NCBI GenBank assembly: GCA_017860085.1
Contig: JAFNAJ010000001.1
Location: 1-37,501 of the forward strand
DNA: 37,501 nucleotides
Direction of reading: 5' to 3'
DNA from: Acidobacteriota bacterium
GTDB taxonomy: Bacteria; Acidobacteriota; Vicinamibacteria; Vicinamibacterales; JAFNAJ01
Positions 1 through 11,479 of the stretch are shown one piece after another; the first letter of the stretch is position 1, and each line of letters starts with the position of its first letter. A program made the translations under genes and the position numbers. The notes under the pieces were generated by a model. It did not search any database and was not told where the DNA came from. It saw only the letters and a list, made by a program, of their open reading frames with translations.

Positions 1-1
1 C

Positions 2-559
2 CTCCGCGCGCTGCTGGCTCTCGGCGGCGAAACGATCCTGATCGTCGCGACCCACGCCGTAGCGGGCGCCAATCTCCTCAGCCGTCAGCCCCATGTGACA
101 CGTCTTGATCGCGCACGTCAATCCATCGTCGATCATCGTGTCGACGACCTGAGCGTGCCCCATTCGGTATCCCCACCGGGCCCCCTTGAGCAGGAAAGGC
201 GCGTTGCTCATCGACTCCGTGCCACCTGCGACGACGAGTTCGCAGTCGCCCGTGGCGATGCTCTTGGCCGCATGAACGACGGCCTGCAGGCCCGAGCCGC
301 AGACGCGGTTGACGGTCTCGGCCGGCACCTCCACCGGCACGCCCGCCTTGAGCGCGGCCTGCCTGGCGACGTTCATGCCGACGCCGGCCTGCAGGACGCA
401 CCCCATGATGACGTCCCCCACACCATCCGGGGTGGCATGCGCCCGATTCAGGGCTTCCCTGATCACGATCGCTCCCAGGTCGGCCGCGGACAGGTCCTTC
501 AGCGTGCCCCCGAACGACCCGATCGGCGTTCGGCACGCGCTCACGAGGTAGGCATCCAT
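2..559 (-). CDS. Acetyl-CoA C-acetyltransferase (thiolase), 5' part; runs off the window edge
   Basis: Not in the ORF track. Manual translation from ATG 559: MDAYLVSACRTPIGSFGGTLKDLSAADLGA...GCVLQAGVGMNVARQAALKAGVPVEVPAETVNRVCGSGLQAV, with the thiolase N-terminus and catalytic Cys motif. Confidence 0.93.
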   Translation of the reverse strand, partial: MDAYLVSACRTPIGSFGGTLKDLSAADLGAIVIREALNRAHATPDGVGDVIMGCVLQAGVGMNVARQAALKAGVPVEVPAETVNRVCGSGLQAVVHAAKSIATGDCELVVAGGTESMSNAPFLLKGARWGYRMGHAQVVDTMIDDGLTCAIKTCHMGLTAEEIGARYGVGRDDQDRFAAESQQRAE

Positions 560-560
560 C

Positions 561-2516
561 TCAACGCTCCAGTTGGGGCAGGTTCTTGAACAGTTCGAGG
601 GCCTCCGGGTTGGCCAGCGCTTCGCGATTGCGTACCGGTCGGCCGTGGACGACGTCGCGCACGGCCAGTTCCACGATCTTGCCACTCTTCGTACGCGGGA
701 TGTCGGCGACGGCCACGATTCGAGCCGGGACGTGTCGGGGCGTGGTGCTCTCTCTCACCTTCTGCCGGATCCGCGCCTCGAGTGCCGCGTCGAGCGCCAT
801 TCCCTCGCGCAGGCGCACGAACAGCACGACCCGCTGGTCGCCGTCCCAGTCCTGTCCCACGACGAGGCTCTCCACCACCTCGTCGAGCTGCTCCACCTGA
901 CGGTAGATCTCGGCAGTGCCGATGCGAACCCCGCCTGGGTTGAGCGTGGCGTCCGAACGCCCGTGGATGACCAGCCCGTCATGCTCGGTGATCTCCGCCC
1001 AGTCGCCGTGACACCACGCGCCAGCGAAGCGCTCGAAGTATGCCGCGCGGTACTTGCGACCGTCGCCATCGTTCCAGAAACTCAGCGGCATCGACGGAAA
1101 CGGTCGCTTGCACACGAGCTCGCCGGTCTGTTGGCGCACGGGTTCGCCGCGCTCATCGAAGACGTCCACGTCCATGCCGAGCCCGCAAGCCTGAATCTCG
1201 CCACGCCAGACGGGCCCGATCGGATTCCCGAGAACGAAGCAGCTGACGATGTCGGTGCCGCCCGAGATCGACGCGAGGTGCACGTCGGCCCTGATCCGCC
1301 TGTAGACGAAGTCGAAGCTCTCCGGGGCCAGCGGCGACCCCGTCGACGTGATCGTCCGCACGGAGTCGAGCCGATGCGTGTCGATCGGCGCGAGGCCGGC
1401 CTTCTCGACCGACGCGATGAACTTCGCCGAGGTGCCGAACAGGGTCATGCGCGTCTCCTCGGCCAGATCGAACAGGACGTTGCCGTTCGGATGGAATGGC
1501 GACCCGTCGTAGAGCACGATCGTCGCGTCGGAGGCGAGGGCCGATGCGAGCCAGTTCCACATCATCCACCCACAGGTCGTGAAGTAGAAGACGCGATCGC
1601 CCGGATGGATGTCGCAGTGCAGTTGGTGCTCCTTGAGGTGCTGGAGGAGCGTGCCACCGGCGCCGTGCAGGATGCACTTCGGTGCCCCGGTGGTGCCGGA
1701 CGAGTAGAGGATGTAGAGCGGCTGATCGAACGGCCACGGCTCGAACTCGATCGGTCGCGGCCGGAAGGTGTTCAGAAGGGTCGACCATCCCACTGCGCCA
1801 CGAAGCCCACGGATGTCCGCGCTCTCGGCGACGTACGGGACGACAATCGTGCGCTCGACGGTCGGGAGCCCTGCCAGGATGGGCCCCAGTCGCGAGAGGC
1901 AATCGTGTGCCTTGCCGCCGTAGAAGTACCCGTCTGCAGCGAGGAGCACCTTGGGCGAGATCTGCCCGAAGCGGTCCAGCACGCCCCGCACGCCGAAGTC
2001 CGGTGAGCACGACGACCAGATCGCGCCGAGGGTTGCGGTGGCCAGCATCCCGATCACGGCCGCCGGCAGGTTCGGCAGATACGCGGCGACGCGATCGCCC
2101 GGGCCCACCCCGGCGTCACGCAGGGCCTGCGCCAGACGCGAAACGTCGTCGTGAAGCGCTGCTCGCGTGAGCGTCTGCCTGACGCGGCCCTCGCCCGAGA
2201 ACACGATGGCCTCACGCTCGTCGGGTCGACCCAGGAGGTTCTCGGCGAAGTTCAGGCGGGCGGTGGGAAAGAACCGCGCCCCCGGCATCAGGTGCGGATC
2301 CGAGACCGGTGGACCCTCCCCACGCGATCCGACGACACCGCAGGCGTCCCACACCTCGGCCCAGAAACGACCGAGGTCGTCGACCGACCACGCGTGCAGA
2401 TCGCGGTAGGTGGGCAGCTCACGGCCTGCCGCGATCGAGGCTCGACGCAGGAACGCCGAGAGGTGCGCCTGCGCGACCCGATCGTCCGAGGGAACCCACA
2501 GCGGCTCTCGAACCAT
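561..2516 (-). CDS. Acetoacetate--CoA ligase
   Basis: AMP-binding motif [56 protein letters not shown]; adjacent to thiolase. Start taken at ATG 2516 ([10 protein letters not shown]). Confidence 0.92.
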   Translation of the reverse strand: MVREPLWVPSDDRVAQAHLSAFLRRASIAAGRELPTYRDLHAWSVDDLGRFWAEVWDACGVVGSRGEGPPVSDPHLMPGARFFPTARLNFAENLLGRPDEREAIVFSGEGRVRQTLTRAALHDDVSRLAQALRDAGVGPGDRVAAYLPNLPAAVIGMLATATLGAIWSSCSPDFGVRGVLDRFGQISPKVLLAADGYFYGGKAHDCLSRLGPILAGLPTVERTIVVPYVAESADIRGLRGAVGWSTLLNTFRPRPIEFEPWPFDQPLYILYSSGTTGAPKCILHGAGGTLLQHLKEHQLHCDIHPGDRVFYFTTCGWMMWNWLASALASDATIVLYDGSPFHPNGNVLFDLAEETRMTLFGTSAKFIASVEKAGLAPIDTHRLDSVRTITSTGSPLAPESFDFVYRRIRADVHLASISGGTDIVSCFVLGNPIGPVWRGEIQACGLGMDVDVFDERGEPVRQQTGELVCKRPFPSMPLSFWNDGDGRKYRAAYFERFAGAWCHGDWAEITEHDGLVIHGRSDATLNPGGVRIGTAEIYRQVEQLDEVVESLVVGQDWDGDQRVVLFVRLREGMALDAALEARIRQKVRESTTPRHVPARIVAVADIPRTKSGKIVELAVRDVVHGRPVRNREALANPEALELFKNLPQLER

Positions 2517-2525
2517 CTCGCGCAG

Positions 2526-2531
2526 ATTATA
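2526..2531 (-). promoter_or_regulatory. Candidate -10 element (TATAAT) for the ligase-thiolase unit
   Basis: Perfect TATAAT in very GC-rich DNA, 9 nt before ATG 2516; contains the TAA stop of the upstream gene. No good -35. Confidence 0.55.
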
Positions 2532-3441
2532 AGTCCCGGGTCGACAGCCGAGCGCGCCAGGCGGCCGCGGCCGCAAAGGCCCTCATCACGGCATCGCGAT
2601 CACCGAGCCCGCGGCGCATGGCGGACAGCTCCTCGATGAGGCGGTCGATGGCCGCTTCCAGGTGGTCGGCATTCGTGGCGCAGATATCCGCCCAGATGTC
2701 GCCCGGGCTCGACGCGAGCCGCGTCGTGTCGAGGAGGCCGCCCGCGGCCAGGTCCAGTCCCTCGTCTCCAACGGCCTCCCCGACCACGCGCATCAGCGCG
2801 CTGGCCGTCAGCTGCGGCAGGTGACTGACGAACGCGAGCAATGCGTCGTGGCGCGCCGGGTCCATGGGCATGGGTCGCGCCCCAACGGCCTCGACGAACG
2901 CCGAGACTTTCGAGAGGACCTCGCCTGGGAGGTCACCGCTCGGGGTGAGGATCCAGCGCCGACCGACGAACAGTCCGGCGGCCGCCGAGCCCAGTCCGCC
3001 GCGAGCGGCGCCAGTGAGGGGATGACCGCCGACAAACGACAACCGCCCCGGCAAGTCCGCCGCGGCGCGAACCACCGCGCGCTTGGTACTGCTGACGTCG
3101 GTGACGACAGCGTCTCCCGCAACGACGTCTGGCAGGTCGCGCAGGATGGAGATGGTCTGCAGGACGGGGGCCGAGAGGACGACCAAGTCGGCCTCGGCCA
3201 GCATGCCGAGGTCGTCGGCCCCGACGTCGATGGCGTGGCGGACCATCGCCTGCTCGAGCACCTCCTTCCGGTCCACCCCGATCACCAGCGTCGTCGGCCA
3301 GACCTCCCGGGCGGCAAGCGCGATCGACCCACCGATGAGCCCCAGACCGACCACCCCGATCCGCGCAAAGGGCGGTGGGCCCTCAGCGGGCGTCAGCGTG
3401 GTGTCGGCCGCACGGACCGGCAGACGTCGCGCGGCGGCCAC
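2527..3441 (-). CDS. tyrA: Prephenate/arogenate dehydrogenase
   Basis: Rossmann motif [50 protein letters not shown] start at 3441, just after the DAHP synthase stop (start uncertain). Confidence 0.9.
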   Translation of the reverse strand: MAAARRLPVRAADTTLTPAEGPPPFARIGVVGLGLIGGSIALAAREVWPTTLVIGVDRKEVLEQAMVRHAIDVGADDLGMLAEADLVVLSAPVLQTISILRDLPDVVAGDAVVTDVSSTKRAVVRAAADLPGRLSFVGGHPLTGAARGGLGSAAAGLFVGRRWILTPSGDLPGEVLSKVSAFVEAVGARPMPMDPARHDALLAFVSHLPQLTASALMRVVGEAVGDEGLDLAAGGLLDTTRLASSPGDIWADICATNADHLEAAIDRLIEELSAMRRGLGDRDAVMRAFAAAAAWRARLSTRDL

Positions 3442-3442
3442 G

Positions 3443-4492
3443 CTACCGGCCCCAGCCGCGCCTCGCCACCGGTTCCACGCAGATGCTGCGCCCAATGGCC
3501 GGGGCGATGATCCGAAGCTCGGCCATCAGCCGCTCGAACTGCGACGGGAACATCGACTGCGCGCCATCGCTCAGCGCGTGGTCGGGATCGCAGTGCACCT
3601 CGATGAGCAGGCCGTCGGCGCCGGCAGCGACGGCGGCCCGCGCCATGGGCGCGACCTTGTCACGACGGCCCGTGCCGTGGCTCGGATCGACGAACACGGG
3701 CAAGTGGCTCAGTTTCTTGACGACAGGAATGGCCGAGATGTCGAGGGTGTTGCGCGTGTAGCTCTCGAACGTACGGATCCCCCGCTCGCACAGGATCACG
3801 TGCATGTTGCCGCCGGCCAGCACGTACTCCGACGACAGCAACCACTCCTCGATGGTTGCCGAGATCCCCCGCTTGAGCAGGATGGGCTTGCGCGTCTTGC
3901 CGAGCTCGCGCAACAGCGTGAAGTTCTGCATGTTCCGCGCGCCCACCTGCAGGACGTCGGCGTATTGCACCACCACCTCGATCTGGCTCGCATCCATCAC
4001 CTCGGTGACCAGCGGCAACCCGTGTTGATCGGCGGCTGCGCGCAGCAGCCGCAGGCCCTCCTCGCCGAGCCCCTGGAAGCTGTAGGGCGAACTGCGGGGC
4101 TTGAAGGCCCCCCCGCGCAAGACCTTGGCGCCGGCCCGCTTGACGGCCGCCGCCGTGGCCTGCACCTGCTGCTCGCTCTCAGCCGAACAAGGGCCTGCCA
4201 TCACGATGACCTCGTCGCCGCCAATCCGCACGTCGCCGCACAGGAAGACCGTGTCGTCCTGCTTGAAGGTCCGGCTGGCCAGCTTGAACGGCTCGGTGAT
4301 GCGCACGACCTCCTGGACGCCCTCGAGCAGTTCGACCAGCCGAGGATCCCCCATCCGGGCGCCACCCACTGCCCCGATCACCGTTCGGGTCGCCCCAGTC
4401 GACCGGTGCACGTCGTAGCCCATCGTCACGAGCTGGGCCACGACCCGTTCGATCTGCTCCTCGGTCGCCCGTTCCTCCATCACGACCACCAT
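3443..4492 (-). CDS. aroF: DAHP synthase, class I-beta with N-terminal regulatory domain
   Basis: MAGPCSAE, GGAFKPRSSPYSFQGLG, VGARNMQNF, CERGIRTFE, DPSHGTGRR; GGAGGA RBS before ATG 4492. Confidence 0.94.
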   Translation of the reverse strand: MVVVMEERATEEQIERVVAQLVTMGYDVHRSTGATRTVIGAVGGARMGDPRLVELLEGVQEVVRITEPFKLASRTFKQDDTVFLCGDVRIGGDEVIVMAGPCSAESEQQVQATAAAVKRAGAKVLRGGAFKPRSSPYSFQGLGEEGLRLLRAAADQHGLPLVTEVMDASQIEVVVQYADVLQVGARNMQNFTLLRELGKTRKPILLKRGISATIEEWLLSSEYVLAGGNMHVILCERGIRTFESYTRNTLDISAIPVVKKLSHLPVFVDPSHGTGRRDKVAPMARAAVAAGADGLLIEVHCDPDHALSDGAQSMFPSQFERLMAELRIIAPAIGRSICVEPVARRGWGR

Positions 4493-4503
4493 GCCATCCT
4501 CCG

Positions 4504-4815
4504 TCACGCGTCCGCGCGCGTTCGGTCACCCTCGGGACCGTGCGTCGCTTGCTCGAGCGCTTCGCGCTCCAGGCGTCTTGCTTCGTCGATGATCCGCTCG
4601 AAGAGCCTCGTCATCGCCTGCCCGTCCAGCGGCCCTTTGTTCACGCCCCGCACGTGGGCCAGCACCTGCTGCTCACGGTCTGGCTGGTAGACGGCGAGGC
4701 CCAGCGCGTGCTTCAGTCGCCCAATCGCCAGCGCGCACTCGGCTCTCGCGCTGAGCAGCGCCACCAGCTCCTCGTCGAGGTCGTCGATCCGTCGACGCAG
4801 GTCGTCGATGGTCAC
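4504..4815 (-). CDS. Monofunctional chorismate mutase (AroQ type)
   Basis: IDDLRRRIDDLDEELVALLSARAECALAIGRLK...VYQPDREQQVL...LFERIIDEARRLE; GTGA overlap with the trpA stop. Confidence 0.9.
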   Translation of the reverse strand: MTIDDLRRRIDDLDEELVALLSARAECALAIGRLKHALGLAVYQPDREQQVLAHVRGVNKGPLDGQAMTRLFERIIDEARRLEREALEQATHGPEGDRTRADA

Positions 4816-5645
4816 CGCGGGCCGTCCTGTTCGCCGCCGAGCGGCCTCGGAGCGCACCCCCGACGAAGCGCGCGCACGAAGGCCTCGACGTGCTCGACCA
4901 ACGCGTCCGACTGCCCCCAGCGCCCGATCACGTCCACGAGGGCACTGCCAACCACGGCGGCGTCGGCCCACTGGGCCACGTCGGCCACGTGCTCAGGGGT
5001 CGAGAGCCCAAACCCGACGGCCACCGGCAGCGCCGTCTCGCGCTTGATGCGCGCCACCAGGTCGCGCGCTCCGTCGGCCAGGGACGCGCGCGCGCCGGTC
5101 ACACCCAGGCGAGAGATCGCGTAGAGGAACCCGCGCCCGAGGCGACCCGCCTCACGAATGCGGGCCGGCGTGGTAGTCGGACTCAGCAGGAAGATGGTAT
5201 CAAGCCCCACCCCTTCGAGCGCAGCGCGCAGGCCGCCGGCCTCCTCGACGGGCAGATCGAGGACGAGCACGCCATCGACGCCTGCCTCCGAGGCTCTGGC
5301 CGCGAAGCGGTCCAGCCCCACCCTGACGACGGGGTTCGCGTACGTGAAGAGCACGATCGGGGCGCGGATGGCCGCTCGCTCGCGAGCGACCATCTCGAGC
5401 GTGGCCGCGAGCGTGGTGCCCGACGCGAGAGCCCGTTCCGAGGCTCGCTGGATCACGGGACCGTCGGCGAGCGGGTCCGAGAACGGCACGCCTATCTCGA
5501 GGATGTCGGCCCCAGCGCCGTCGAGTGCCCCGAGGACTCGTGCCGACCGCTCGAGATCTGGATCGCCGGCCGTGACGTAGGTCACCAACCCGGCACGTCG
5601 TTCGGCGCCCAGCCGCTCGAACGTCTCTCGAATTCGCGACCTCAC
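4812..5645 (-). CDS. trpA: Tryptophan synthase alpha subunit
   Basis: [42 protein letters not shown]. Confidence 0.96.
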   Translation of the reverse strand: MRSRIRETFERLGAERRAGLVTYVTAGDPDLERSARVLGALDGAGADILEIGVPFSDPLADGPVIQRASERALASGTTLAATLEMVARERAAIRAPIVLFTYANPVVRVGLDRFAARASEAGVDGVLVLDLPVEEAGGLRAALEGVGLDTIFLLSPTTTPARIREAGRLGRGFLYAISRLGVTGARASLADGARDLVARIKRETALPVAVGFGLSTPEHVADVAQWADAAVVGSALVDVIGRWGQSDALVEHVEAFVRALRRGCAPRPLGGEQDGPR

Positions 5646-6898
5646 AACGACGGCTCCTGCCCCGCCGCGTCCGGGCGCAGTTGCCGTTCAACTGCCTGCA
5701 CGTCCTTGTCGCCCCGGCCCGAGAGGTTGACCAGCACGAGCTCAGGGGGTGACGACTCGCGCGCCAGTTCCCTGAGGTGCGCAATCCCGTGGGCGGACTC
5801 GAGCGCTGGGACGATGCCCTCGGTGCGGGCAAGCCACTGAAACGCCTCGAGCGCCTGTGCGTCGCTCACGTGTGCATACTCGGCGCGGCCCGACGATCGC
5901 AGCCACGCGTGCTCGGGGCCGATGGCCGCGTAGTCGAGCCCTGCCGACACCGAGTGGGTGGCGCCGATGTTGCCCGCGTCGTCTTGCAGCACGAAAGTGC
6001 GCGTGCCCTGAAGGATCCCCGGGCTGCCGCCCGCGAACCGCGCGGCATGACGGCCGGCCTCGATCGCCTCCCCTCCTGCCTCGACGCCAATCAACCGGAC
6101 GGCCGAGTCATCGATGAACGCGTCGAAGAGGCCCAGCGCGTTGCTGCCACCGCCCACGCAGGCCACCACCGCGTCAGGCAACCGCCCGTACTGTGCCAGG
6201 CACTGCGCGCGGGCCTCCTGCCCAATCACGGACTGGAACTCCCGGACCATGAGGGGGTAGGGGTGCGGCCCGAGCGCCGAGCCGAGCAGGTAGTGTGTGT
6301 CGTGCACGTTCGCGACCCAGTCGCGCATGGCCTCGTTGATCGCGTCCTTCAGGGTCCGACTTCCCGCATCGACGCCGTGCACGCGTGCGCCGAGCAGACG
6401 CATGCGGAACACGTTCAGGGCCTGACGGGCCATGTCGTCGACGCCCATGTACACGTCGCACGCCAGTCCGAGCAGTGCGCACACCGTGGCCGTGGCGACC
6501 CCGTGCTGGCCGGCGCCGGTCTCGGCCACGACGCGACGCTTCCCCATGCGCACGGCGAGCAGGCCCTGGCCGAGCGCATTGTTGATCTTGTGCGCGCCGG
6601 TGTGCGCCAGGTCCTCACGCTTCAGCAGCACCCTTGACGCGCCGAGCGCACTGGCCAGGCGCCGTGCCTCGTGGAGGGGTGTCGGGCGGCCGACGTAGTG
6701 GCGCAAGAGCGACGTGAACTGTTGCTCGAACGCCGGGTCGCTCCGGGCGTCGAGATAGGCCGCTTCGAGCTCGGCAATGGGCGCCACGAGCGTCTCGGGC
6801 ACGAAGCGGCCGCCGAACTCACCAAAGTAGCCGCGCGCGTCCGGATCGCGTCGCCCGAAGGCGCCGCGCACGGTGACGGGTGGTGCCTGGTCTTCCAT
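5642..6898 (-). CDS. trpB: Tryptophan synthase beta subunit
   Basis: [28 protein letters not shown] (PLP lysine), [18 protein letters not shown]. Start at ATG 6898 rather than the long ORF start. Confidence 0.96.
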   Translation of the reverse strand: MEDQAPPVTVRGAFGRRDPDARGYFGEFGGRFVPETLVAPIAELEAAYLDARSDPAFEQQFTSLLRHYVGRPTPLHEARRLASALGASRVLLKREDLAHTGAHKINNALGQGLLAVRMGKRRVVAETGAGQHGVATATVCALLGLACDVYMGVDDMARQALNVFRMRLLGARVHGVDAGSRTLKDAINEAMRDWVANVHDTHYLLGSALGPHPYPLMVREFQSVIGQEARAQCLAQYGRLPDAVVACVGGGSNALGLFDAFIDDSAVRLIGVEAGGEAIEAGRHAARFAGGSPGILQGTRTFVLQDDAGNIGATHSVSAGLDYAAIGPEHAWLRSSGRAEYAHVSDAQALEAFQWLARTEGIVPALESAHGIAHLRELARESSPPELVLVNLSGRGDKDVQAVERQLRPDAAGQEPSL

Positions 6899-6903
6899 CG
6901 ACC

Positions 6904-7545
6904 TCAACCGTTCTCCGTCCTGGGCCCAGCCGATGCGACCCTGACGGCCTCGAAGAATGCCCGCATCCGGCCCGCGTCCTTGACACCTGGCGACGCTTCC
7001 ACGCCCGACGCCACGTCGAGCGCCCACGGCTGCACCGACCGGATGGCCTCGGCAACGTTTCCCGCCGTGAGGCCACCCGCCAGGATGCTCCTCCGTCGCC
7101 GCGCCAGCCGGGCGGCCAGCGCCCAGTCCGCGACGCGACCAGTTCCACCCCGGCGCGCGCGATCGTCGGTATCGACGAGGAGCGTGACCTCGCCGGGCCA
7201 CACCTCGGCTACGACGTCGACCGTCGTGGGCGTCAGCCGCACGGCCTTGATCACCGGTCGTGGCAATCTCGCGGCTAGCGATGGGCCTTCGTCGCCGTGC
7301 AGTTGCACGGCCGCGAGCGGAACGTGCTCGCACCATCGGCGCACCTCGTCGGCGGGCGCGTTGACGAACACGCCGACCAGTACGACGAACGGCGGCAACG
7401 CCCGCGCAATGTCCCTGGCCTGGTCGAGCGCCACGACGCGCGGGCTGCCCCTCCACGTCACCACGCCGATGGCGCTGGCCCCGAGATCGACCGCCATTTC
7501 GGCATCGGCAGGCCGCGTGACGCCACACACCTTCACGCGGGTCAC
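6904..7545 (-). CDS. trpF: Phosphoribosylanthranilate isomerase
   Basis: [44 protein letters not shown]; GTGA overlap with the trpC stop. Confidence 0.94.
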   Translation of the reverse strand: MTRVKVCGVTRPADAEMAVDLGASAIGVVTWRGSPRVVALDQARDIARALPPFVVLVGVFVNAPADEVRRWCEHVPLAAVQLHGDEGPSLAARLPRPVIKAVRLTPTTVDVVAEVWPGEVTLLVDTDDRARRGGTGRVADWALAARLARRRRSILAGGLTAGNVAEAIRSVQPWALDVASGVEASPGVKDAGRMRAFFEAVRVASAGPRTENG

Positions 7546-8402
7546 GGCGGCACTCCCTGGTCGGCTCTTGTCGAGCCTGACGCGAGGCACCGTCGACCGG
7601 CCCCGAGCAAGTCCGCCAACGCGGCCCCCGGGTCGGGCGACGCCATGAAATGCTCGCCGATCAGGAACGCGTCGTATCCCGCCAAGGCCAACCCTGCGAC
7701 CACTGAAGGGTCCTTGAGACCGCTCTCCGCCACGGCCACCACATGGCCAGGCAACCGTGCAGCCAGGTCTCGTGAGGTCGAGGCCGACACTTCGAGCGTT
7801 CGCAGATTCCTGTTGTTCACGCCGACGATGTCGGCCCCCGCATCCACGGCACGGGCGACCTCGGTCGCGTCGTGCACCTCGACGACGGCCGCAAGCCCGA
7901 GGCCAGAGGCCTCCCCGAGCAGCGCCGCGAGTTGGTGCTGCTCGAGCGCCGCGACGATCAGCAGCACAGCGTCGGCGCCGTGTGCGACGGCCTCGAACAA
8001 CTGGTAGCGGTCGACGATGAAGTCCTTGCGGAGCACCGGAGTGGTGACGACCCGTCGGACTGCGGAGAGGTGATCCAGCGCGCCATCGAAAAAACACGGC
8101 TCGGTCAAGACCGACACGGCCACCGCGCCGGCGGCTTGGTACGCCGAGGCAATGCGGGGCGGATCGTACGCCGCCCGCAACACTCCACGAGACGGCGAAC
8201 GCCGCTTGCACTCGGCAATCACGCGGACATGGGGCCCAGTGCCGAGCGCCGATCTGAAGGCGGACCCTCTCGGCACGTGTCCCACGCACAGCCGCTCCAG
8301 CTCCGCCAGCGGAACCCGCGCCTCTCGCGCCTCGACGGTGCGTCGCGTCGAAGCGACAATCGCCTCGAGGAGATCGCCACCAGATCCCGGGGGCACCGTC
8401 AT
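7542..8402 (-). CDS. trpC: Indole-3-glycerol phosphate synthase
   Basis: [40 protein letters not shown]; ATGA overlap with trpD. Confidence 0.95.
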   Translation of the reverse strand: MTVPPGSGGDLLEAIVASTRRTVEAREARVPLAELERLCVGHVPRGSAFRSALGTGPHVRVIAECKRRSPSRGVLRAAYDPPRIASAYQAAGAVAVSVLTEPCFFDGALDHLSAVRRVVTTPVLRKDFIVDRYQLFEAVAHGADAVLLIVAALEQHQLAALLGEASGLGLAAVVEVHDATEVARAVDAGADIVGVNNRNLRTLEVSASTSRDLAARLPGHVVAVAESGLKDPSVVAGLALAGYDAFLIGEHFMASPDPGAALADLLGAGRRCLASGSTRADQGVPP

Positions 8403-9418
8403 GCGTCCTCTCCCCGCGAACACGACGCCATCCGCGCGAGCGTCGAGGCCGACCGCCCCGAATCAATCGCGTCGATCGCCTGCTCCATGCCCTCGCGCAC
8501 CGTCGCGACGACGCCCGCAATGAGGAGCGCCGCACCCGCGTTCAGCACGACGATGTCTCGGGCTGGCCCTCCCTGCCCCGAGAGCACGTTGCGCGTCAGC
8601 GTGGCATTGTCGTCGGCAGTACCGCCCGTTAGCGCGTCGAGCGTGGTCTTTCTCAGGCCGAAGTCCGCCGGATGGACATAGAAGGTGTGCACCAGACCGG
8701 CGCGGCACTCGGAGACCTTCGTGTAGCCGCACGTGGACAGCTCGTCGAGACCGTCGGCGCCGTGCACCACCCACGCCCGATGGGACCCCAGCCTCGCGAG
8801 CGCGGTCGCCACCAACTCGGTCATCTCCGGCCGCGGCACACCGACGAGTTGTCGTCGCGCGCCGGCGGGGTTGGTCAGCGGCCCGAGGAGGTTGAAGGCC
8901 GTCCGCAACCCCAGGTCTCGCCGGGCCTGGCCGGCATGTCGCATCGACGGGTGGAACGTCGGCGCGAACAGGAACGCGATCCCGGCATCGGTGAGGCAGC
9001 GTTCCACCCTGTCGGGTGGCGCGGTCACATCGACGCCCAGCGCCTCGAACACGTCCGCGCTGCCACAGCGGCTCGATACCGAGCGGTTTCCGTGCTTGGC
9101 CACCAGCACGCCGCACGAGGCGACGACGATGGCCACCACCGACGAGATGTTGAACGTCCCTGCGCCGTCGCCACCCGTGCCGCACGTGTCGAACGCCTCC
9201 GGATACTCCCGCGACAGCCGCACCGCGTGCGCGCGCATGGTCGAGGCAAATCCCACCACCTCCGCGGGACGCTCGCCCTTGAGCCTGAGGCCGACGAGCA
9301 GCCCTCCGATCTGCGCCTGGGTTGCCCGCCCCGCCATGACCTCGGCCATCGCGCTGGCGGCCTCGTCGGTCGTCAGGTCGCGCTGGAGTGCGAGCTTCTC
9401 GAGAAGACCGGCGAACAT
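8399..9418 (-). CDS. trpD: Anthranilate phosphoribosyltransferase
   Basis: DTCGTGGDG, FNISS, KHGNRSVSSRCGSAD, FNLLGPLTNP, GLDELS; TGATG overlap with trpG. Confidence 0.95.
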   Translation of the reverse strand: MFAGLLEKLALQRDLTTDEAASAMAEVMAGRATQAQIGGLLVGLRLKGERPAEVVGFASTMRAHAVRLSREYPEAFDTCGTGGDGAGTFNISSVVAIVVASCGVLVAKHGNRSVSSRCGSADVFEALGVDVTAPPDRVERCLTDAGIAFLFAPTFHPSMRHAGQARRDLGLRTAFNLLGPLTNPAGARRQLVGVPRPEMTELVATALARLGSHRAWVVHGADGLDELSTCGYTKVSECRAGLVHTFYVHPADFGLRKTTLDALTGGTADDNATLTRNVLSGQGGPARDIVVLNAGAALLIAGVVATVREGMEQAIDAIDSGRSASTLARMASCSRGEDA

Positions 9419-9984
9419 CACAGCTCCATGAAGTTCCGCAGCATCCGGCGTCCCTCGACCGTCATGATCGACTCCGGGTGGAACTGCACGCCGTGCACCG
9501 GCCACGCCCGGTGCCTCAACGCCATCACCGTCCCATCGTCCGCCGCGCGCGCGGCCACCTCCAGGGCGGCCGGCCACCCGTCGTCGGACACGACCAGCGA
9601 GTGATAGCGTGCGGCCTCGAAGGATCCGGACAGCCCACGGAATACCCCGCGGCCGTCGTGTTCGACGGTCGACGTCTTGCCGTGCATCGGCCGAGGTGCC
9701 CTCACAACCAGACCACCAAAGGCGTGACCGATGGCCTGGTGCCCCAGGCAGACGCCCAGGATCGGCACCTCGGCTCCGAAGCGCCGAACCAGCTCGACCG
9801 AAACCCCGGCATCTTCGGGACGGCCCGGCCCCGGTGAGATGACAATCCGCGTGGGGCGAAGCCCGGCGATGTCGTCCAAGGTCACCGCGTCGTTTCGACG
9901 CACCACCACCTCGGCCCCCAGTTCGCCCAGGTACTGGGCGAGATTGAAGGTGAACGAGTCGTAGTTGTCGAGCAGCAGGACCAT
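9418..9984 (-). CDS. trpG: Anthranilate synthase component II (glutamine amidotransferase)
   Basis: DNYDSFT, ISPGPG, GVCLGHQ, RYHSL, GVQFHPES. Confidence 0.95.
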   Translation of the reverse strand: MVLLLDNYDSFTFNLAQYLGELGAEVVVRRNDAVTLDDIAGLRPTRIVISPGPGRPEDAGVSVELVRRFGAEVPILGVCLGHQAIGHAFGGLVVRAPRPMHGKTSTVEHDGRGVFRGLSGSFEAARYHSLVVSDDGWPAALEVAARAADDGTVMALRHRAWPVHGVQFHPESIMTVEGRRMLRNFMEL

Positions 9985-9988
9985 GGGT

Positions 9989-11479
9989 CTAGAGGCGCTC
10001 CGTCTGGGCCAGCTCGATGGCCTTCAGCAGCGCGCGCGCCTTGTCGCACGACTCCTCGAACTCCGACGCCGGATTCGAATCGGCCACGATCCCCGCACCA
10101 GCCTGCACCAACGCCCTCCCCTCCCGCATGACCACCGTGCGGATGGCGATGCAACAGTCGAGATTGCCGGCGAAATCGAGATAGCCAACCGCCCCCGCAT
10201 AGAGGCCCCTCGGCCCCGGCTCCTGCTCTGCGATGATCTCCATCGCACGAATCTTCGGCGCGCCCGACACCGTGCCAGCCGGGAAGCACGCGACCAGGGC
10301 GTCCAGTCGATCCCGGTCCTCGTCGAGGCGCCCCTCCACCCGCGACACCAGGTGCATCACGTGCGAATAGCGCTCGAGCGCCATGAACACCGGGACGCGC
10401 ACGGTTCCGGGTTCGCACACGCGTCCCAGGTCGTTCCGACCGAGGTCGACGAGCATGACGTGCTCGGCTCGCTCCTTCTCGTCACGCTTCAATTCCTCGC
10501 CCAGCCGCAGGTCTTCCTCGTCCGACCGGCCACGGGGACGAGTGCCCGCAATGGGGTGCGTCTCGACGCGTCGGCCTTCGACGCGCACGAGCATCTCGGG
10601 CGATGACCCAACGATGGCCAACTTGCCCATGCGGACGAAGTACATGTAGGGCGACGGGTTGACGTGACGCAGGGCACGATAGACCGCAAACGGGTCAGCC
10701 GTCACCTCCGCTTCGAACCGCTGCGACAAGACGACCTGGTACACGTCGCCCCGAGCGATGAGCTCCTGCGCGGCTCGCACCGACGCTTCGAAGCGCTCGC
10801 GTGTCGTGTTCGAGTGCACCTCCGGCGCGGCAGCGGGCCCGGCCGGTGCGCGCGACAGGGCCCGATCGAGTTCGCGCTCCAGAAACGCAATCCGCGCGCA
10901 GGCGAAGTGGTACAGCGTTTCGAGATCCTCGTTCGGCGTGATGCGCGCGTTGGCGATGGCCAGGATCCGGTGCTTGACGTGATCGAACGCGAGCACCGTG
11001 TCGAAGAGCATGAACCCGGCCTCGGGACCCTCTGCCGCCTGGGCGCTGCCGTACCGCTCCCAGACCGGCCTCAGGGCCGGCTCGAACCACGGCGAGGCGT
11101 CGTACCCAAAGAAGCCCACGGCTCCGCCTGTGAAGCGCGGCAGTTCGGGAACGAAGGGCGACCGGAACTCCGACATCAGCCGGCGGAGGGCGTCGACAAA
11201 CGGCTCGGCCAACTCGGTGGTCTCTCCACTTCGTTCGAGGATGGTCCGCCCCTGCGACGCACGAAGGACGAGAAACGGGTCCTTGCCGAGAAACGAGTAT
11301 CGGGCAACCTGCTCGCCTCCTTCCACGCTCTCGAGCAGGAAGGCGTAGTCGGAGAGTTCCGCGATCTTGAGGAAGGCGGACACCGGCGTCAGCAGGTCGG
11401 CCAGGATCTCCTTGTAGACCGGGACGAACGTGCCCCGGCGGGCCAACTCCACGAACTCTTCGAAGCTGGTCTGTCTCAT
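9989..11479 (-). CDS. trpE: Anthranilate synthase component I
   Basis: LLES and NPSPYM Trp-feedback motifs, PIAGTRPRG, EHVMLVDLGRND, FPAGTVSGAPK, QAGAGIVADS; ATG 11479 in ATGA overlap. Confidence 0.95.
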   Translation of the reverse strand: MRQTSFEEFVELARRGTFVPVYKEILADLLTPVSAFLKIAELSDYAFLLESVEGGEQVARYSFLGKDPFLVLRASQGRTILERSGETTELAEPFVDALRRLMSEFRSPFVPELPRFTGGAVGFFGYDASPWFEPALRPVWERYGSAQAAEGPEAGFMLFDTVLAFDHVKHRILAIANARITPNEDLETLYHFACARIAFLERELDRALSRAPAGPAAAPEVHSNTTRERFEASVRAAQELIARGDVYQVVLSQRFEAEVTADPFAVYRALRHVNPSPYMYFVRMGKLAIVGSSPEMLVRVEGRRVETHPIAGTRPRGRSDEEDLRLGEELKRDEKERAEHVMLVDLGRNDLGRVCEPGTVRVPVFMALERYSHVMHLVSRVEGRLDEDRDRLDALVACFPAGTVSGAPKIRAMEIIAEQEPGPRGLYAGAVGYLDFAGNLDCCIAIRTVVMREGRALVQAGAGIVADSNPASEFEESCDKARALLKAIELAQTERL

